From the human T2T-CHM13v2.0 reference genome, Homo sapiens: a stretch of DNA of 64,000 bases. Numbering within the stretch: position 1 is the stretch's first letter; every line of letters begins with the position of its first letter. The notes beneath the pieces are model-generated. The model was not told where the DNA came from. It saw only the letters and a program-made list of their open reading frames with translations, and ran no database searches. This document shows positions 27,031 to 41,353 of this stretch, piece after piece. Both the position numbers and the translations under genes were made by a program. The DNA is taken from assembly GCF_009914755.1 (NCBI RefSeq), contig NC_060928.1; one strand, 5' to 3'.

Positions 27031-27985
27031 TTAAGTGACAAGTAGGTGCATGCATGCATGTAGATAATGGTTAAACATGCTGATAAAAATCTGGAGAGCA
27101 AATTTTAGGAATCTCTGTAATTAGCAACCAACATTAACTAGATGAGACCATTTTCCAGTTTTCTAGCTCTGAAGCAGACATTCTAAAACTGATGAAAAAC
27201 AGCTGGCTGGAATTTATCTGGCTTCCACTAAAGTGGTGTTTTTCTAATGTTGTATTAAAGTGTTGTATAGAAAATGCAATGCAATGAACACAATCCATCC
27301 CCTTAATCTTTATATGTGGCAGTGTATAATTATTATAAATTTTTGAAACAGAAACATAGAAAAATAAAACATTAACTGATATTATATGCTATTGAGTGAA
27401 GGAATTGTAGGCATCTCTTCTTTTTCCAGATCAATTTATAACCCCTAGCCTATACTATTATGCTCTACAATGTGCCAGAACTCAGAAAAATATCATGAAT
27501 ATAATTTTTAGTTTCATACTATGAACAGAGACTTATATTTGAGTATCTCATTAACTTAATAACACTTTACCAACTGAAGCATATACACCTGATCAGGAAT
27601 GCTATACCATACCACTGAATTACATTCACTGTATATGGACTTATCACAAAGATGGACTAACAAAACTATCACTGTGCAAGACTATCTACTTCTCTTAAAT
27701 CCAATAGCTCAAATTATTGTTTCTTTGTTTTGAAATAACAGGAAGCATGGACAAACAGGTATTTAATTCTTCATTGGGATTAAACACCAAAGCAGTTAAT
27801 TGCATCTGTCATATAGAAGGTGAGAGAACCAGAAGATTATAGTTTGACATGAATAATCACTTCTCATAATAAAACAACAAGCCTTGAAATTAGAATTTCA
27901 TGAAATTATGTGATGTGGCAGCCCCAGAATGGCTCAAATTTTTGCAAATAAATTGGTGTACAGTATTTTTTAAAAATCTATTCTT

Positions 27986-28331
<346 letters not shown>

Positions 28332-29316
28332 CTATATATTCCAAAAACCATTGACTTTATGGTAAAATATTTAATTATATTGTAAACCAAAGTAATCACT
28401 CTGAAAGTCATGTTATATCATTCATTCAATAAAATTTCTATAATGCATAATGCCTCAATCACACTATTGTTTATTTCTTAATTAAGCAAAACTCAAAACT
28501 TATTCTCTTGTTTGGTGAGAAGCTCTTCAAAGTGGTAATTTGGGGACCTGAACTCATTCTATTTGATATGTCCACAATGTTTAACATTTGCTTGGGTAAT
28601 CACTACGATCTTCTGCATGAAGCCAATAGAAGGAAAAGAGTACACAAAGATATACATTTTTAAACCATTTCATCACATTCCATTAGAAAGAATTAGTAAT
28701 GTGTTCCCATATCGATACAAAGAGTACTGGGAAATTCCTGTTATCCCTGTATAAGTAACTCCGTTCTCAGCTAAAATCCTGTATAATAAAATCGTGGCCA
28801 ACAACGGCTCATTTTATTTAAAAAGCAACTGTGAAAAGTTTTTATTCTATTCCTATATATTGTATGTTTAACACAGTGAAATAAAAAAGCTGCTTTTGTT
28901 CCTTATTTTATCAAGAAAGTGTCCTGACATAACGGGAGATATGAAAGTATTGTTTGACAACGTTGGAGATATAAATGTTTTATCTGTGAATTTTTAATGA
29001 ATTCTCTCTTCAGATGATTAAAACCACGGACTCTCCCTTCTTTTCACTATTCCAAGGAATCTCTAGAATGTAGAATAAGCACATAGATATAGGACGACAT
29101 TTAATTATCAGAAACACACCACATAGCACATAGAGCCAATATTAAGGGATCACACTGCAAAAGAAACTGAATTGCTGAACAACCTGAGTCTGAAAAACCT
29201 TTTCCACATCTATGGACATTTTATTCCTTTTCAAAAAGGGCAATATGAGATTACAAGGAAAGCAATTGATGTGGTGTTCTTTCAAATAATTTTATTCTTT
29301 GTACTGAGTATGGGAA

Positions 29317-29780
29317 ATTTATGAGTTGAATAGTGTCCCTCCAGAATGTGACCCAATTTGTAAATAGGTTCTTTGCAGATGTAATTAGTTAATTTAAAAT
29401 GCCATCACATTCTATTTGGGTGAGCCCTATATCCAATGACTGGTATCCTTAGTAAGAAGAGGAAAATCCAGACACAGAGACACACACAGAGAAGAAAGCT
29501 GTATGTAAAACACACAGAGGGAAGAAGGCCCTATGATGATAAAGGGGGAGATTGGCACGATGCAACTACAAGGCAAGAAATGCCAAGAATTTTCAGTAAC
29601 CACCAGAAACTAGGAGAGAGGTTGTGGGACAGATTCTTCCTGAGAGACTCCAGAAAGAAGCAACCTGCTTACATCTTGATTTTGGACTCTGGCCTCCAGA
29701 ACTGTGAGAGAAAAATTTTCTCTTGCTTTAAGTAACCCAGTTTGTGGTAATTATTACAGCAATACTGGTAAACTAACACA
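29317..29780 (+). mobile_element. MLT1C-like MaLR LTR
   Basis: gttgaatagtgtccc...ctttgcagatgtaattag...ggcctccagaactgtgagag...aactaacaca. Confidence 0.85.
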
Positions 29781-31629
29781 GGAAATATCCCAACATTATG
29801 TTTCAGGGTTACCTCAGTTGAATGATCATCACTCGTTCTATGGACATTAGGTTCCCTTCTGGTGAGTTAGCCTGTAGTATCTTCACTTTTTACCTTCAGA
29901 AGGCCATAGACTACAAAGTAACTATCGCAGCATAAAAATCATGAACATTCTCCCCTTGACCCCAAAGAAACATAAACCTAATTACTTTTATCAGCATTTG
30001 CCCTTTCCTCTTTAACTTCTCTCTCTCGCTTGTTTAGGCCAGAGAGTAATTTTCTCTCACCATTGGATAACCCCAGTGTCTTTCATTCTATGCAGTCATC
30101 CAACCTCACTTGTTTGTGTGTGACACACTTTGGAAAAGAAGTTAGTTGTTAGAGAATGAATCTTGGAATCCACCATGTGGGTTTAAAAACAACAGAAACA
30201 AAAATTCCTTCAGAGTATTTTATATTCTGACCTCTGTGTTACTTTTATGACAGTCAACCAAAAATTCTACTCACTAATTTATCAAGCTCATATTGTTCAG
30301 TCATGGATAAGGGCACCTTTTGGAAAACATAACTTCTACTTTCAACTGCTCTTGATTAGGTCAATGAATAAAAACTCTCTTAGTGCATTGTAATGACTCT
30401 CAGGGAACCTCTGGAATAAATAGCATGGATTTACTCGGCAGTTTAACAGAGTAACTGTTTTTAGCATTGCCTTTTCAGAACAACACTGGCCTAATGTCTC
30501 CAGGGTTAAAAGTCATTTTAGAAGCAGAATGCATGTGAAGCAAAGAATGTTATAGGTAAATGGGATTTTAGAGATCATGTTCATTTAATGCTTTCTACTA
30601 CTAATCTTTTGTTCCACTTTTGATCAAATTAGTGAGCCACTCAATGGTACTCCAGGCATAACATAGATATTGAAATTCTAGGTATTAAAAATAAAAAGAA
30701 CAGCACAGACATAGGTTATAGTAATCCATTTAGCTTGTTATCTGAAAAGGTATTTGTGGTTCTTCTTGAGGTTCTTTAATCTATACTTCCTTGACTATAA
30801 ATAGCTGATGTTCAATGAGTTATGAAAAAAGTGCTAATTATGAAAATTTATTACTACAAAGAATGCTACCCATGAGTCTGATATTACCATCATCACTGTC
30901 CCAAATCCTTGAAGCTTTAAAAACACCACCTTAATGAAAATGCCTCTGCAAGAGCAGAAGTCACCTTCTCATGATGGCTAATCCAGATATCTGTCTTTAT
31001 CCTTTCGATCTTTTAATGTCTGCCACAATTAGTATTTTGGAAAATCTCCCAATTCCTAACATGAATCTTGCTGTCTTATGAATTGAGATATTTGGTGATA
31101 TTTGGAGATATTACCTTTGCAATAATGTGTTGGAGAATCTCTCTTCTATACAATACATTTTATATATCACCAACAACATAAAACACATGCTTTCTTACAT
31201 AATCACAAGAGCTAAACTCTTTGAAGTGAAATTTCAGTTACTCAGAGTATATTGTAAAAACCTTATTCAGACTTCTATTAATCAGTATTTAATACTATAT
31301 ACTACAGGCGGGATAATAATTTACAGAGAAATCCAAGCTTTATACAATTAACTTAATCTTAATTAATTTTTCAATACCTAAAAGGAATGGAATCATTCAG
31401 TTGCCCTCTCAAGAGCTGACAGCACTTCAGATTATCAGAAAAAAAGTGATTTCTGTCTTGCTTACAATAAAGCAAAAGGGGAAAAATCAAGAAAAAGGAA
31501 AATCAAGAAACTTAGCAAGAAAATGAGAGCCAAGATTATAAATTGTGTGAATTTCTGTGAATCTCTGTGAACTAAATGGCTATATGTCTCAACTCTAAAA
31601 ACCATTTTTTAGGCAATGTATACACATAT

Positions 31630-31767
31630 TTCTTATTTCTTTCCTTCCTTCCTTTTTCTTTTCTTTTCTTTTCCTTCCTTCCTTCCTTCCTTCCCTCCCT
31701 CCCTTCCTTCTTTCCTTCCTTCCTTTCTCTTTCTTTCTTTCTTTCTCTCTCTCTTTCTTTCTTTTTT
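31630..31767. repeat. (CCTT)n/(CTTT)n polypyrimidine microsatellite (expanded Alu tail)
   Basis: About 140 bp of nearly pure pyrimidine. Confidence 0.9.
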
Positions 31768-32049
31768 GACAGAGCCTCACTCTGTCCCTCATGCTGGAGT
31801 GCAGTGGCATGGATCATGGCTCACTGCAGTCTCAACCTCCTCAGGCTCAGGTGATCCTCTCACCTCAGCCTCTCAAGTAGCTGGGACTACAGGCATATGC
31901 CACGATGCCTGGCTAATTTTTCTATTTTTTGTAGAGATGGTATTTCACCATGTTGCCCAGGCTGGTTTTGAACTCCTGGGCTCAAGCAATCAACCCACCT
32001 TGCACTTTCAAAGTACTTGGATAACAAGCATGAGCCACTGAGCCCAGCC
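31768..32049 (-). mobile_element. AluJ
   Basis: catggctcactgcagtctc, ctcctgggctcaagcaatc. Confidence 0.93.
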
Positions 32050-32403
32050 TTAAAAATTTTTCATAAGGAATACAGTCATGGCATTTTGAAATAAATAATG
32101 AATCAGTGTCTTATAAAAAGCAAATAAAGGCTTGAGGAATATTAGTTGCCATTAAAGAAATCATGGTATTCTAATTCTACATCCTGTTTTAATCTTAAGA
32201 GAAAAATTATTTTTTGAGCTTTATATCTTATTAGATATTATTTATGTCATAAGTCAAATAGTATAAGGAAAAATAGATGACTTTAAAGGTTAAAACCAGG
32301 TGAGAATCTTTGAAATGATCAATAAATAGTTTGCCAATTAAATAAAAATTATATTGGCATGGGTTATTTCTGAAAATTATTTAATTAGCAAAGTAATTCA
32401 TCA

Positions 32404-32451
32404 ATTTTAATAATCAAACTACATTTTAGTAATCAAACTACATTTTAATAA
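32404..32451. repeat. 19-bp tandem duplication (about 2.5 copies)
   Basis: attttaataatcaaactac attttagtaatcaaactac attttaataa. Confidence 0.85.
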
Positions 32452-33224
32452 ACTTCCACGATAACACATTTTCATAGTTGCAATGTTTTGAAGAACCTCA
32501 ATGCTTGGAAAATCCATATGGCTTCATGTGGGAAAGCAACTAAGAGGCATGTTTTTCTGGGACATTTTTGTAGAATTCTCATATTGGATTTTGTTTTGTG
32601 TTAGTTCTGTGTTCTTTAAGAAATGATGTTTTTTTCCTGAGGCTCAGGTGCTTTATAAAATGAAGTTAATATTATCTATGTAAAGAGGTTAGGGAATCAA
32701 ATGAGACAATTTATATAAAAAATATTTTATACTGTGCTCTTGCTGGATCTTTTTAAATGCTTAACCCACAGAATTTACTCACAATATTTGTAAAAGAAAA
32801 AAAATGAAAAAAGAGAGGAAAAAAATGAAAGGGATAGAGAAGGAGGTTGGAAAGCAATGGGAAAAATATAACATTATTTTAAAAATTAAAAATTACATTA
32901 AAAATAAGGGGATGGAAGAAATATGAAGAGTTTCTGTATGTGAGGGGAGGTAGAGACAGTTTTAAAGGAAAGGGCTTGGAGGAAAATAAAGTGTAGACAG
33001 TGATTCTATAGAAGGCTTGCTGTTGGGATGCTAAATGCCTGGATTCTTTGACCCTAGTTCTTTCATCAATTACATGAGCATTTTTTGTAATAATTTTTAT
33101 GTAATAATATGTTCAATAATTTAATAAATATAATAACAATTATGGTGTGAAACAGAAGGGCAATAGATGCACATTGAGAAATAACAGATAAAGAGAAGTC
33201 AAAATGTATTGCCAAGCAAGATGA

Positions 33225-33320
33225 GCCACACTTTCTCTAGATTGTTTTATTTCTACCTATATCCCCAGCACCTAAAACAATGTCTGACATATAGTAGAAG
33301 TTCAATAAATATGTAATGGA
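33225..33320 (+). mobile_element. L2 3' end
   Basis: atatccccagcacctaaaacaatgtctgacatatagtagaagttcaataaatatg. Confidence 0.7.
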
Positions 33321-34512
33321 TCCCATAATGAATAATAAAAATAATTTATTCTATTTATTTGGCAGAGATTGATGATAACCTATTATTGAATTCTAAATGA
33401 TTTCCCGATCTTTCTTAGGGCTCACTAATACAAGCAAAAAAAGCAGGTTCTTCTATGAACAACTAATTATACATTTTATTTGGAATACATATATTTCTTT
33501 CAATATCCCCAGCCACTGCATCCTGCAAGGGTTTGTTTGTCCACTTTTCACCAGAGATTTATCTATAATGATAACAAATCTTGCCAACAGGAAAATGTTC
33601 CATTCAGGGCAAATAGTAGGTAAAATAAAACTTAAAAGAAACATTGTATATAACCATACAAATGGACTACTCACAAACAAAGCCAATCTTATAATCCTAT
33701 AGGGTAAATAAAAGGAAATATCAGTTAGCTCTTTTAAATTTTTCTCTTAGTATTGAACATACATTTCTTCAGGCTGTCCGTAAAACAACCATTGCCAAAG
33801 TATTAAGATAGGGTCAGATTACTAAAAAGATTTGTGAACTGGGAGACATTTGAATCTATGTAAAAAGGCTCCTATTCATACTATGAATAACTATACAAAA
33901 ATTAGCAGAAATAAATATAATACTGCAGCCATATGATGTGTTAAAGTAAGTCCTACATCATGATACATTTGGTGTCATGATAAGGAAGAATTTCAAATTA
34001 AAACACTGGCAGCATGTCATCCAGTAACATCAAACACATGACACAGGCTTTCCTGGAATTCTGTAATTATTCTGAACTTCCTTCTACATTTTTCATTGTG
34101 TTCACAGTTCACATGTTTTATTCAGATCAATTAGTGTCTACTGGATAGCCATACATCACATGACACTAAACTAGGTGTTTTGGGCACAGGACTAGGAATG
34201 TGGCAAACCATTTCACAGTGGTGGTCTAAGCTACATAACGTTTTTTATCCAATAGGGGATGTAAAAGCAAGCATCTGAAGTCTGTCTTTGCCTCTGTCCC
34301 AGAGTGTATTACATAAAGTCAGCTGACGTCTTCCTGCTCCAAGCACTATTTCCGAAATTCTGGGCTTCTTGGCAACATGTCTTAGAAAAACAGTTTTTCT
34401 AAGGCTTTGATCCATGTGGCCAGGAGGCAGGCATGCAAAAAGTTTAGATTTCCTTGTCTTGCACTCTATAAAATATGATAATAATAATCGTTAAGATATC
34501 GTAAAATGTCAT

Positions 34513-34789
34513 TTTTTATTGTTGTTGTTTTTTGTGGGGGGACAGAGTCTCACCATCTTGGCTCTCTGCAACCTCTGCCTTCTGGATTCAAGAGATTCTC
34601 CTGCCTCAGCCGCCAAGTAGCTGGGATTATAGGCATGCACCACCACGCCCAGCTAACTTCTGTATTTTTAGTAGAGACAGGGTTTCGCCATGTTAGCCAG
34701 GCTGGTCTAGAACTCTTGACTTCAGGTGATCTGCCTGCCACGGCCTCCCAAAGTGCTGGGGATTATAGCTGTGAGCCACCACACTGGCC
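34513..34789 (-). mobile_element. AluS with ~30-bp deletion in the right arm
   Basis: gtctcac|catcttggctc junction lacks tctgtcgcccaggctggagtgcagtgg; TSD atgtcat. Confidence 0.92.
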
Positions 34790-35639
34790 ATGTCATGTAT
34801 ACTTTTGTTACAAAAACAATCTGTGCAGGTTTTTATTATCTAGAAATATTTATTTCTTACTTTCAAATATTTTTAAGTCACTGTATGTATTTAACTTTTC
34901 ACTGTATCTGATAAGAGTCAAATAATAGAAGATAGTTTATAACTGTGTAGTTTGTAGCTTTCTAATTTTATTTGTAAAATTATGACTTTTGACAGTTTGA
35001 GAAATCAGTCAGCTGAACAAATTAGCCATGACAACTAGAATAAATTTATTTAAGATCTTTTGTATATGTGGCTTAAGTAAGGATTGGTAGGCCCTGTGGG
35101 GTTGTTTAATGAACTGCAGAGAAACTCAAGTAAAACCCAAAGGCTCAGCCCAATCCACTGCTACATTACGGTTGAATATATTCATTTATTAATTCTGGGC
35201 TCCTGAAAACAAAACCTGTTTTTAAGGCCATTTAATAACTTCCATACTACAACATGTGCACCACTTAAAGTCATACTGAAGAAAAAATATATTTCCATAG
35301 GTCATTGTTAATATCTAAGTGCTCATTAAACTGTTCTAAAATTACTTATCATTAACATTTTATTTATTTCTTCTATAAAATGCTGTGGTGTTGTAGTTCA
35401 TTTTAGAATGATCTATTTTAGGGAAGTTTGTCTTCAGTGATATAGTAGAAATTTATTTAAATGAAAGACTTAAGAAAACTCTCTTTTAACCAGAGCTTTC
35501 ATTGCATTTTTTCTTAGGATACAGATAAGAATGGTAGAAAAAGTTAAATTTAAAGATTTAATTTAAATAGGTCTTCTATTCAGATTCTGTTTTATTGTTT
35601 AATTTCTACATTTGCATTCCTGGTGTATTTGTGAAAGAT

Positions 35640-35752
35640 ATTGCAAAAGCCCTAGAGTCTTACATGCATGAATTCAAGTCCTGGGTTTACTACTTTTCTG
35701 GGTTAGCACAGACGAGTTGTTAAATCTCATAGTGCCCATTTCTGCACTTTAA
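35640..35752 (+). mobile_element. MIR fragment
   Basis: ctagagtc...ttcaagtcctgg...gagttgttaaatctc...gtgcccatttct. Confidence 0.5.
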
Positions 35753-36249
35753 CCTTGATTTTAACAAAGTCATATTTATTTTTTCCTAAGTAAATCTTTG
35801 CCCTCTCTTCATACTATTCCTGTCTTTATTCTTGGAAGTAATAACAAAATTTCTCTGACCAATAAACTTGAGGAAGATAATGTGCACTCTAGGCTCAGCT
35901 CTATCCTTCCTTCTCTTGAGAGCAAGCTGTCTTCAAGGAGTATAGCTGCTGCTTCTCCCCCCATGCTAGTCATGTGAAGGACTTTTGGCCTTTTTACAAC
36001 AAGACAGTAAATTTTCCCTAAATCTAGGCTTTGGTTTTAGCAAATCCAATTGCCTAATAGGCTTAAAGGCACATGCTCCAGCCTGGTCTTTGTCGTTCTC
36101 CATCTTTATTTTTTATTTCTCCACTTGTGAATCAAAGGATGGAAGAAGAGTGCTTTAAATTGGAAGTTGATTTTTCTTGCTGGTTGATCACCTACTACTC
36201 ACCAGTCATTATCATCAATGCTTTCCAGAGACTCATTTCGGACAGGCAC

Positions 36250-36396
36250 ACTTAGCTTCATTTTAAAAAAGCAAACGTAAGGCTTACCAAAGTTAAACAA
36301 ATTGTCTAATATAAAGAAGTTAGTAAAAGAGAGAAGTATATTTAACTTAAGTTTGTTTTACTTCAAACCACACTCTGTTTTTCATGGTGCACTGCA
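36250..36396 (-). mobile_element. MIR fragment
   Basis: cattttaaaaaagcaaacgtaaggctt...agttaaacaaattgtctaa. Confidence 0.5.
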
Positions 36397-36463
36397 TTTC
36401 ATATATATGGATGGCCCTATATAATGTTTGATATTAAAGAGTGGTCAACAAGCCTTAGAACTC

Positions 36464-37107
36464 TGTATTAACTTTCTACTGATGTGTACCAAATTACCAT
36501 AAAATTAGTGGTATAAAAAGACACCCACTTATTAGTTCACAGTGCTGTAGAACAGAAGTCTGGATAGGCTCTGCCAAGTTCTGTACTCAGAGTACCACAA
36601 GACCAAAACCAATGTGTTAGCTTGGATGAGCTGTTATCCATAGGCTCTGGGAAGGAATCTGCTTCCAAACTCACATACTTGCAGAGTTTGGTTCCTTGTG
36701 GCTCTAGGACTGAAGTCCTCATTTCCTTGCTGCTGTCAGCCAGAGCCAGACCTCAGCTTCTAAAGACCATTCACATTCTTTCTTACATAGCTTATTCTAA
36801 TTCTAAACCAGCAATGGGGAGTTGAGTCCCTGTATTTCCAATCTCTTTGTTTTCCCTTCTACTGAACAGGAAAACTCTCTCTTTTTTAAAGAACTCCAGT
36901 GATTATATTAGATACACCCAGACAACCCATTATAATCTCATAAATTTTTAAGGCCAACTGATCTTAATTGAATCTGCAGAATCTCTTTTGCTAAGTACCT
37001 TAACATATTCAAGAGTATGATGAGTCATCATATTTAGAGTCTGGAGGATTAGGGAAGTAAATCTTTTGGAGGGAAGGGATGATTATGCTTAGAATTTCCC
37101 TACCACA
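36464..37107 (-). mobile_element. MLT1E-like MaLR solo LTR
   Basis: tgtatta...ctaccaca termini; TSD aactc/aattc. Confidence 0.85.
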
Positions 37108-37128
37108 AATTCTCTACCATGAGAAATA

Positions 37129-37663
37129 TATATTAGATTTCTATCACTGCCATAACAAATTATCACAAGTTTAGTGTCTTAAAATGTGTAAATTTATTAT
37201 TTTACTGTTCTGTAGATTAGAAGGTTGACATTGGTGTCACCAGACTAAAATCAAGGTGGTGGAAGAATTGTGATTCCTCCTTGAGGCTCTCTGGGGTAAA
37301 ACCATTTTTTGCCTTTTCCAAATCCTAAAGGACACACACATTCCTTGGCTCTGGCTCTTTTTCTCCATCTTCAAATCCAAAAACTGTTGTATCTCTCTGA
37401 TCATTCTTTTTTCAGTCACATCTCCCTCTTCTTCTGATAAGAGGAAAGGGTTCCATAACTGGAAAATGTTATCTGATTTAGGGATCAATGCAATTAGATT
37501 AGACCCACCTATTAATCCAGAATAACCTCTTTATCTCAGGGTTTTAATTTAATCATATCACAAATCCATTTCATATGTAAATTAACATAGTCATAGATTT
37601 TAGGAATTAGAATGTAGATATCTTTGGGGGACAGAAAGGAGCATTTTTCTGCTCCCAAAAACA
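37129..37663 (-). mobile_element. MLT1D-like MaLR LTR
   Basis: ctgccataacaaattatcacaag, ctaaaatcaaggtg, gatatctttggggg. Confidence 0.8.
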
Positions 37664-37815
37664 ATATTGGTGCAGATAAATTTTAATACAAGATCTTGAG
37701 TCATAAATGAGATTTAATTATATTATGTTTATGACAACAATTTTCAATTTGTTATTATGAATACAAAAATATTTCTATTTAGAAAGACTTTTAATAGTTT
37801 TAATGACTTTCTGAG

Positions 37816-38158
37816 TGATATGGTTTGGCTGTGTTTTCACCCAAATCTCATCTTGAATTCCCATGTGTTGTGGGAGGGACCCAGTGGAGGGTAATTGAAT
37901 CATGGGGACAAGACTTTGCCATCTCTTCTCCTGATAGTGAATAAGTCTCACAAGATGTGATGGTTTTAAAAATGGGAGTTTCCCTGCACAAGCTCTCTCC
38001 TCTTGTTGGCTGCCGTGTGAGATGTGCCTTTGACTTTCTGCCATGATTGTGAGACCTTCCCAGCCACATGGAACTGTACGTTCCTTAAACCTCTTTCCTT
38101 TGTAAATTGCTCAGTCTCTGGCATGTCTTTAACAGCAGTGAGAAAATGGACTAATACA
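37816..38158 (+). mobile_element. THE1A/B-like solo LTR
   Basis: tgatatggtttggctgtg...ggactaataca; perfect TSD ctgag. Confidence 0.95.
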
Positions 38159-39768
38159 CTGAGTTAATTATTTTCATTAAAGCATCAATTTTTCGAGTGT
38201 CATTGCTTATATGCTCATAAACTCCAAAAGATTGACTCACCTTAACTTTATAATCTGATAGTTTCAAATAATATTCCTTATTGCAGTTTTAAGGCTTACA
38301 ATAGACAAGACTTGAAATTTGAATTAGTCATTCAAGGTATCCCTCTTTCCTTCTTGACTGCCTTTTACATTATTCACAATAATTCTGAAAATTTCCCTTT
38401 CTTTGTCTCAATAGTGCATTCAAGAATCAGGCAGCAATTTAACGGAGAGCTCGAACCAGAAATTATTTTTAACACTGAAGCCCCACAGACTTTCTCATAA
38501 ACTCTTACATGAAACTCACATCCAGTATAAAGAGCTCACAGCCAGTCAAAAGTGAAATACAACACTACACTTGTCATGCTTTTCTTGGTTGCAGAAATTT
38601 GAACATAGTTGAAAGTTAAGCCCCATCTGGCTTGCACTTCAAGTTGCACTTCTAAGTTCACAGGGAACCCTGTCTTTCCTGAATTCCTCCAAATGTCCTG
38701 CCACTTCCACTTATTCAGTTCTGATTCTTCACTGCCTCACTTTTAGCTACCCTTTACATTGATGTCTTCCCTCTTCTATTACACTGGACACGTCTCTCCT
38801 CTTTTATAATGTCCCAAGCAGTAATCCCAGATTGTTTATCCCCCTTAGTGAGTGTTCAATGCTTTTATGACTAATTAATCAAAAGCCCAGGCATGTATAA
38901 GCTACTGATAATTCACATGATTTAAACTACTGAAATTCTAATTTGTAGTAATGGCAGTAGATTCTAATGCCAACATTTAATAGATTTAATAGAATCAGTG
39001 AGAATTTTTGAATCAGTTCTTTCCAATTTCGAGTATACCAGACATCTTTAGCCTGTAGATGCTGTTAGTCTTAGCACAGGGTTATTTTTGAGGGAAAGCA
39101 GCATAATGTCATTTGTATGTGCTCCTTGTATTAAAGGAGTGATAATCAGGCTTAAAAAATAATGACTTGTTTTTCTCATTAGCTGAATGAATGTGGAAAA
39201 TGACTCATCCGTTCATAAATTTGTCATAATGCTGTCTTTAGTGTCAGCCAGCAGTAAGATCCGGATTAGCAAAGTAATAGCAGGAGGCTCAAAAGATTAT
39301 AGAAAATTGCTGTTAAAAAAATGACTTGACAACATTTTAAGTTTGTTATTCTTTAGCAAAACAATGTAGTCAGCCAGTTTCTGAATTCTCAGCACACTGT
39401 TTGCCACTTCTTGAATTATATCCCATTTGTAGAAACATGGTGCATTTTTGTTCTACATGGGCAGGACAGAAGGTTTACCAGCTTGAACTGGTTTTTCTGT
39501 GAAAAACTGTCCGGCACCCCACGGATGCTAAATGTGTCATTAACCTTCTACCTGGGGTGTAACTTAGAGACAATATTCACAAATGCCCTTATCAACATAA
39601 TGAGGTCAAGGCAGCAATCAATGTCTGCTGTGTTGTTTCTTCTTTCTTGAAAATGCAACTACTTTTTAAATCAAAATCTATCATCTAGGTTAAAAAGAGA
39701 CAGAGAGCTAAAGAGTTTCATGGTGCCAAAAAATCAGTATTCATCTTTCTTTAAAAAGGGTGCAAAAG

Positions 39769-39893
39769 TTGGGTGACCATATAATTATGGACACTTTTTT
39801 TAGAATGAATGGGGGTTCTACTAAGAGTTACACTGAAACAGCTATGTGTAGACAGGAATTTTCTTGGGCAAACTGGTCTATATGATTAGTCTA
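39769..39893 (-). mobile_element. MER94-like hAT-Blackjack MITE
   Basis: gggtgaccatataatt...ggacactttt...gggcaaactgg...tatgattagtcta. Confidence 0.65.
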
Positions 39894-40494
39894 TATGAAA
39901 GGAACAGTGAAGACAGTATTTTCTTCTTTGCAGTTTGACAATCTTCAGAAGTTTCAAATCAGGCTTTCGGTTAAAACTTTGAGTGTAACGGACCTCCTGA
40001 AGCATATCCACATGGGTACATACTGCTTTTAAAAATTTCAAAGCCTAAAATCAACCACACCCAAAAACAATTGAAGTAAATAACTTGGGAAGATTAACTT
40101 AATCTTACAGGTTTTTTTCCCCAGTCATTACCATCATTTAAAATTTTGTTTTTAGCTTCTTTGCTTGAATTTGCAAGCAGTATCTCAAAGACTAGAAATA
40201 TTTCCTCATCAAAATTTCATGTAAATCGACTGGGTAAGATACCACATTTTACCACTTGGGGCTCTTCATGATTTCATTTTGAAAGCAAAATATCTCATCC
40301 ACAGGAACTTTTGAAAAGAAATAATTTCCATTTCAGTTTTAAAAGTCTTTGCCCTTGATTTGGGCATTGACCGCATGGAAATTTTATATATATACACCTT
40401 GCCAAAACATTTCAAACTGGACAATTAAGATTTGCACCTTGATGAAATATAATTATACCTTATTTAAAAACTCTTGTTGCCCTGAGAAGACTTA

Positions 40495-40900
40495 TATCAT
40501 TTAGTCCTTAACAAATACTTTTTGGATCTGTTGTGTGTTTTAATCTGTGTCAAATTTTAGTAACTGAGGATACAGTAGGAGACCTGAGAGCCAAAGACCT
40601 TGCTTCAAGAAACTTACATTCTAGTGGGATAAAAGAGAAAAGAAACAACAGAAATAAGTAAATAAGATAATATTATGTAGTTATTAATCTCATGAAGAAA
40701 AGCCCTGAAGAGTTGACATTTTAATCAAGAGCTTAATGAAGAGAAATAGAGAGCAGTATTGCAAACAATAGGCTAGCAGGGCCCTTGGAAGGTAATATAC
40801 TTAGTGTTTTCAAGGGACAAAAAGTAGATTGATTGGGACAAAGAGAGTGGAGGAAGATGAGCTTGGAGAGATGGGCAAGGGCCAAATCACACATGACTGG
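40495..40900 (-). mobile_element. L2 fragment
   Basis: aacaaatactttttg...gaggatacag...cttacattctagtggg antisense 3' end. Confidence 0.65.
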
Positions 40901-41060
40901 GCATTGGTCTAGAATTAAATGAGTTTAAACCAGGCGTCTATAATTTCATTATATTTTCACTAATATTTATAGATTAACAAAATTTGTATGCCATGATTAA
41001 ATATATTAAAATATAATTTTTCCCCAAAGAAATCTATGCGAATAGAAACCTAGTAACCTC

Positions 41061-41353
<293 letters not shown>

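Noticed and set aside
28563-28810. CpG-containing stretch with short open frames on both strands
   Set aside because: No convincing splice-site pair or recognisable protein
31572-32041. K/E/R-rich and F/S/L-rich ORFs
   Set aside because: Translation of a microsatellite plus Alu
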